Shown here: piece by piece, positions 59,931 through 64,000 of the stretch | Layout: each line of letters begins with the position of its first letter | Position numbering within the stretch: position 1 is the stretch's first letter | From: the human T2T-CHM13v2.0 reference genome, Homo sapiens | Length of the DNA stretch: 64,000 nt | NCBI RefSeq assembly: GCF_009914755.1 | Contig: NC_060929.1 | Reading direction: 5' to 3' (one strand) | Program-made: the position numbers and the translations under genes | Notes under the pieces: model-generated | What the model was told of the DNA's origin: nothing | The model's input: only the letters and a program-made list of their open reading frames with translations | Database searches by the model: none

Positions 59931-61179
59931 CTATGGAAGAAAAGAGTAAAATAAAGTCGAAACACTTCTTTCCATAAAGTCATACTTGCATCATGCTCTC
60001 AATGCCACTGAAACTACTGAACGACCACAAATGAATGAAGGGCATCATATTTTGTCACTATTTTAAGATATGAGGCAAAAGTCCTAAAAGTAAAAATACA
60101 GTAAGAAATGACAGCAAAGAAGTCTGTTAGAGTACACTTTGTCTTCTGTAGAAAAGATACCAACCTTAAATAAATATAATGAGATCCAGGGAAAGAGTAA
60201 ATTATTTAGGTGATGAACACTAATATTGTTATTAGAATTTCCAAAGCAATAAAGATTTTTTGTCATTAATCCTAAATGGATGAATTACAAACCCATAAAA
60301 TCCACAATGAAAACTAAACACACCTAGGTGTATTCAGTCTGAGGATATACATATTTAGCATTTATCAGCAACTAAACGCTTAATACATTCAGACAGAAGT
60401 TTTATTAAACTCACCTAAAATGTGAAGATAATAACTTGGACATTAGGCTTTGAGGGTGATGAATTAATTTTTAATCATAGAACTATCAAGAATATGAGAG
60501 AATTATTATCTTCTGGTGGGATAAAAATTTAAAATAGTAGCAGAAATGAATTAAGAATGCCTTTCTGCATCACAAAAAGAAGACTGACCAAACAATGAAA
60601 TTGGATCTTTTAAAAGTGGTGTTTGATCATTTAAAAGAGGATGATTAAATGTTTTCCAAGCGGAAAGAAATTTAGCAACTAAATAATTTAGTGACACAAA
60701 CCTTCGCAGAACACATAATGTATAGTAGAACACACTCTCATTCAGACCTCGTTTAATGTAACTCATTTTTATGAGACTTGAAAAATTGTAACCCCAAAAA
60801 AAGCCAGATGAATGTCTGGGAGCAACAGAAGGTCAGTGGTGACAATGACAAATGCAAGGGAGAGTCCAAGAGCAGGGGCTTTGCCACCAGGTAAATGTCA
60901 GGAACGTGTAATCACTTGTCAGGATTCCATCCAAAGTCCAAGTCTATTGGCAGAGTCTCATATTATAATTATCTGGGACAAGTCTGTTTGGCCCACTAGT
61001 TTCATAAGCTACTTATCGTTATAGCTGCTGTGTGCACCTCACCACAGGCCCCAGACATAGCAGTCACTTGAGCAATGCTGAATTGAAAACCAAAAGAAAG
61101 ATGGTGCTGAATTCACAACTTGGGAAATAGAGGTGGACTGGGTATTCCCAATTAGTTGTTTTGAGATTTGAACATGAAA

Positions 61180-62680
61180 GAAAAGACAATAAAGCTTCCA
61201 GAAGAAAACTAGAAATCTGCCTTGGATGTGGGCAAAGATCTCCTAAACAGAACATAGAAAGCACTATTAGGGAAAATATTAAGAAATTGGACTACATTAA
61301 ACCTAAGAATTTCTGTTTATCAAAAGACACCATTAATCGAGGGAACAACTAACGCCAGAAAGCAGCAGAAAATATTTGCAAACATATAAATGACAAATTA
61401 GTCATATTTTACATATAAGGAAATTCTACAAAGTAATAAAAAAAATTAACTGGACAAGCAACTCCAACAGGCACTTAACAAAAGAATTCCCCAGAGGCTC
61501 ATAAGCCTATGAAAAGGTTGGGAAATGCAAATTAAGCCAACAATAATAAGACACCACTACAAACTCATCAGAGTAGCTAAAAGAAAATGGTGAAGATGTT
61601 GAGCAACTTATACACTGCTGGTAGGTATATATATAGATACATCAGTTTTGAAAACTCTTCAGCACTGCCTACCAAAGCTGATTAAATGTGTATAACCAAA
61701 GTCCCAGAAATTCCACTCCTGAGTATGAAACCAACAGGAATGCATACCTAGAGCCACCAAATGACCAATATTCACAGCAGCTTGATTTATAATAGCCATA
61801 AATTAATACTAAGCCCAAAATTCATCAAAAGTACAAGGGACAAACAAAATGAAGCATATTATAGTGTTTCACACTGGTGCTGGTTCAAACAGGCTTGTAA
61901 AAAATGATTGTTAAATTTCCAAGAATTCTGCAAACTTGTTAGACTCCGCCATTATTAAAAATTAAAATATATAAGCTTACAATTAAATAAATGATATCTC
62001 AAACAAAGATTATAGTCAAAGCTCATAACTTGCTAATTCTTAGACTAAATTTGACTACCATCTGTGTTTTTGAGGTCATTTACAAGTATTGTATCTACAT
62101 GGTGGAAACACTACACAGTGGCTGCTACCATGCACCTCTTCTCAACTCTAGATTCAGCAACATCATTTTGGCAGCTTAAAACAGCCATCATGGGAGTGCT
62201 TACACTATGGCAAGACTTCAAATTAGAGCTTTTTTTTTCTTTTTTTTGTTTTCCTTTCTCCCTTAAGAATCAGTTGTTAAACATTTCTCACACACAGTAC
62301 AGCACATTTATATACTGGCAAACTATATAACAATGAAAAAAGAAAGACTGTCATTTGCAACAATAAGAATGAATTTCACAGACATGTTGAATGAAAGAGG
62401 TCAAAACAAAAGTGTTCATACAATATTATTTCACATATGCAAATTTCAAAACAGGCAAAGCTAATTATCTGGATAAAGGTAAGGATATAATTATCTTAAG
62501 GAAAGTTATTGACTTGGTTGGGGCACAAGAGAGATTTCTGGGGTCTGAAAATATATATTTTTCTTCCAGTGTTCACAAATAGGTATATACATATGTAAAT
62601 ATTCATCAAGTTATACATTTAAAATTTGTGCATTTATTCATGTTAAGTTCTATCTCATAAAATTAAAAAAGCTGTAAATT
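61180..62680 (+). mobile_element. Old L1M(E) 3' region with nested MER63-like hAT fossil (~61872-62298)
   Basis: Diverged L1 ORF2/3'UTR motifs on both sides; MER63-like gattgttaaattt and cagttgttaaacattt subterminal motifs. Confidence 0.6.
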
Positions 62681-63004
62681 AATACTAAAAAATTACTGAG
62701 AAATGCAAAATACAAATATTTGTATTCATGTGAATATAATATAAATACATACTTATTGTCTTCTTAAAATGATTTTTTTAACTTTTATTGAAGTATACAT
62801 AACACTGATGATGCTTTAATACAACTAAAATCTGTCAGGAAAAACTCTAATGCTTATAATGTTTTATATTTGAGACAAAGTTTTACTCTGAAAAAATCAT
62901 GTATGTAGAGTAAGTTCTTTTTTTAGAAACTTATTCTACGAAAAGGACTCATACACCAGTGAAGAATGAGTTCCCTCTTAGCCCATCACCACTGAACTAC
63001 CAAC

Positions 63005-63208
63005 CTGTAAGTTCTGTAAAAAGTTCCCTGCAGTCATCAATTTTAAGGATTCCTGCCAGGAGGGCATGGTACAGCTTTTTTCCAGGTCAATTTTCACAGC
63101 ACTGACTTTCCTTTGAAACAGCAGCAGTACGCAATCCATGATCCGCATGATGAGGTGAGGGGGGCGGCCCAACGTGCGAACAGTGGCGATGTCCGAAGGC
63201 CTGATGGT
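63005..63208 (-). CDS. DNAH5: DNAH5 exon ~59 (204 nt), stalk microtubule-binding domain: [11 protein letters not shown]...NFLQNLQ
   Basis: cccccAG|ACC acceptor, CAG|GTTGGT donor, phase 0-0. Confidence 0.95.
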
Positions 63209-64000
63209 CTGGGGGATGAAAGGAACGATCACCCAACCACAGATAGGAAAGCACAGACAAGCAAACCTTGCATGTCCAAATGCTGCTATTTCAACAGAGG
63301 ACAGAAAACTGTTTTAAGTTAGATGCAGGCCACAGGGTCTAGATGCATATTTAATCCCAAAGAAACACCATGTCCCAACAAGTTCACATTTCTACTATTC
63401 AAACTAGCAGTGACAGGAAAGAAATGTTGGCGAGCAGATAAGGAGCTGTGACTTCTCTAAAAGTGCACAGATGGCTTTGTGCCAGAAAAAAGAAAGGCAT
63501 AATCTGAAAGAAAAAGAATAGTCAGCACATAAGTAGATTTCGAGGTTCAAAACCAGGAAAATTACAGTATTTGTGGTGCTTTTTTACTTATTAGCTATGT
63601 AGGTCAAGAATCTGCCTCTCTCTCTTAAACAATTCAGGCTCGTCACTGTGGACTGACACCAGAGGGTAGCCACAGGGCTGACAGATTGAATAATTAGAGG
63701 TTTCTTAGCTAGGAACTGACCTTTAAATGACGGGACTTGAGCAATAAGAATTTTACTAAGCTCTCTCTTAGAAAAGTTCCATTCCATTTCTAGTATGTAT
63801 ACACTTATAGAGTAAATGATTTAATAGTCACATACACCTGTTTTGGTTGATAATAACTGCTCAATCACCTAAAACTCACTATGGAATAAGTATTGAAAAA
63901 GTGTTAAATGTAAGAATTGGAAACAATCCTATCTCTAAGACAAATAGTATATATTCCTTCCTTCCAGATCTTCAAAACATCCATCTGGTTTGTATTTGCA

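Noticed and set aside
63655-63675. CTCF-like motif acaccagagggtagc (similar one at ~28394)
   Set aside because: Mismatches at core positions; cannot be supported from sequence alone.

Overview
This is primate, almost certainly human, genomic DNA from inside the axonemal dynein heavy chain 5 gene (DNAH5), which lies on the minus strand. Eighteen consecutive GT-AG coding exons between 63208 and 5153 splice into one open 3441-nt frame (1147 aa). By recalled numbering these are exons 59-76 (about aa 3300-4446), covering the stalk/MTBD, AAA5, strut, AAA6 and the start of the C-terminal domain. The introns are mostly ordinary interspersed repeats (Alu, L1, MaLR/ERV LTRs, MIR, L2, hAT and Tigger fossils). 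There is no CRISPR array, RNA gene or novel multi-gene system. The most interesting signal outside the gene is a heavily decayed Ty3/Gypsy-like element at about 19130-20480 (minus strand), found by frameshift-tolerant reading. It carries a PNMA-like Gag capsid, a degenerate CCHC knuckle and weaker RT/RNase H motifs. Other notable items are a mini-L1 forming a candidate intronic poly(A) site, inverted Alu pairs next to exons, a trimeric Alu, a twin-primed L1 and a CpG-retaining compound microsatellite. Repeat subfamily names and exon numbers come from recall of consensus sequences, not from database searches.
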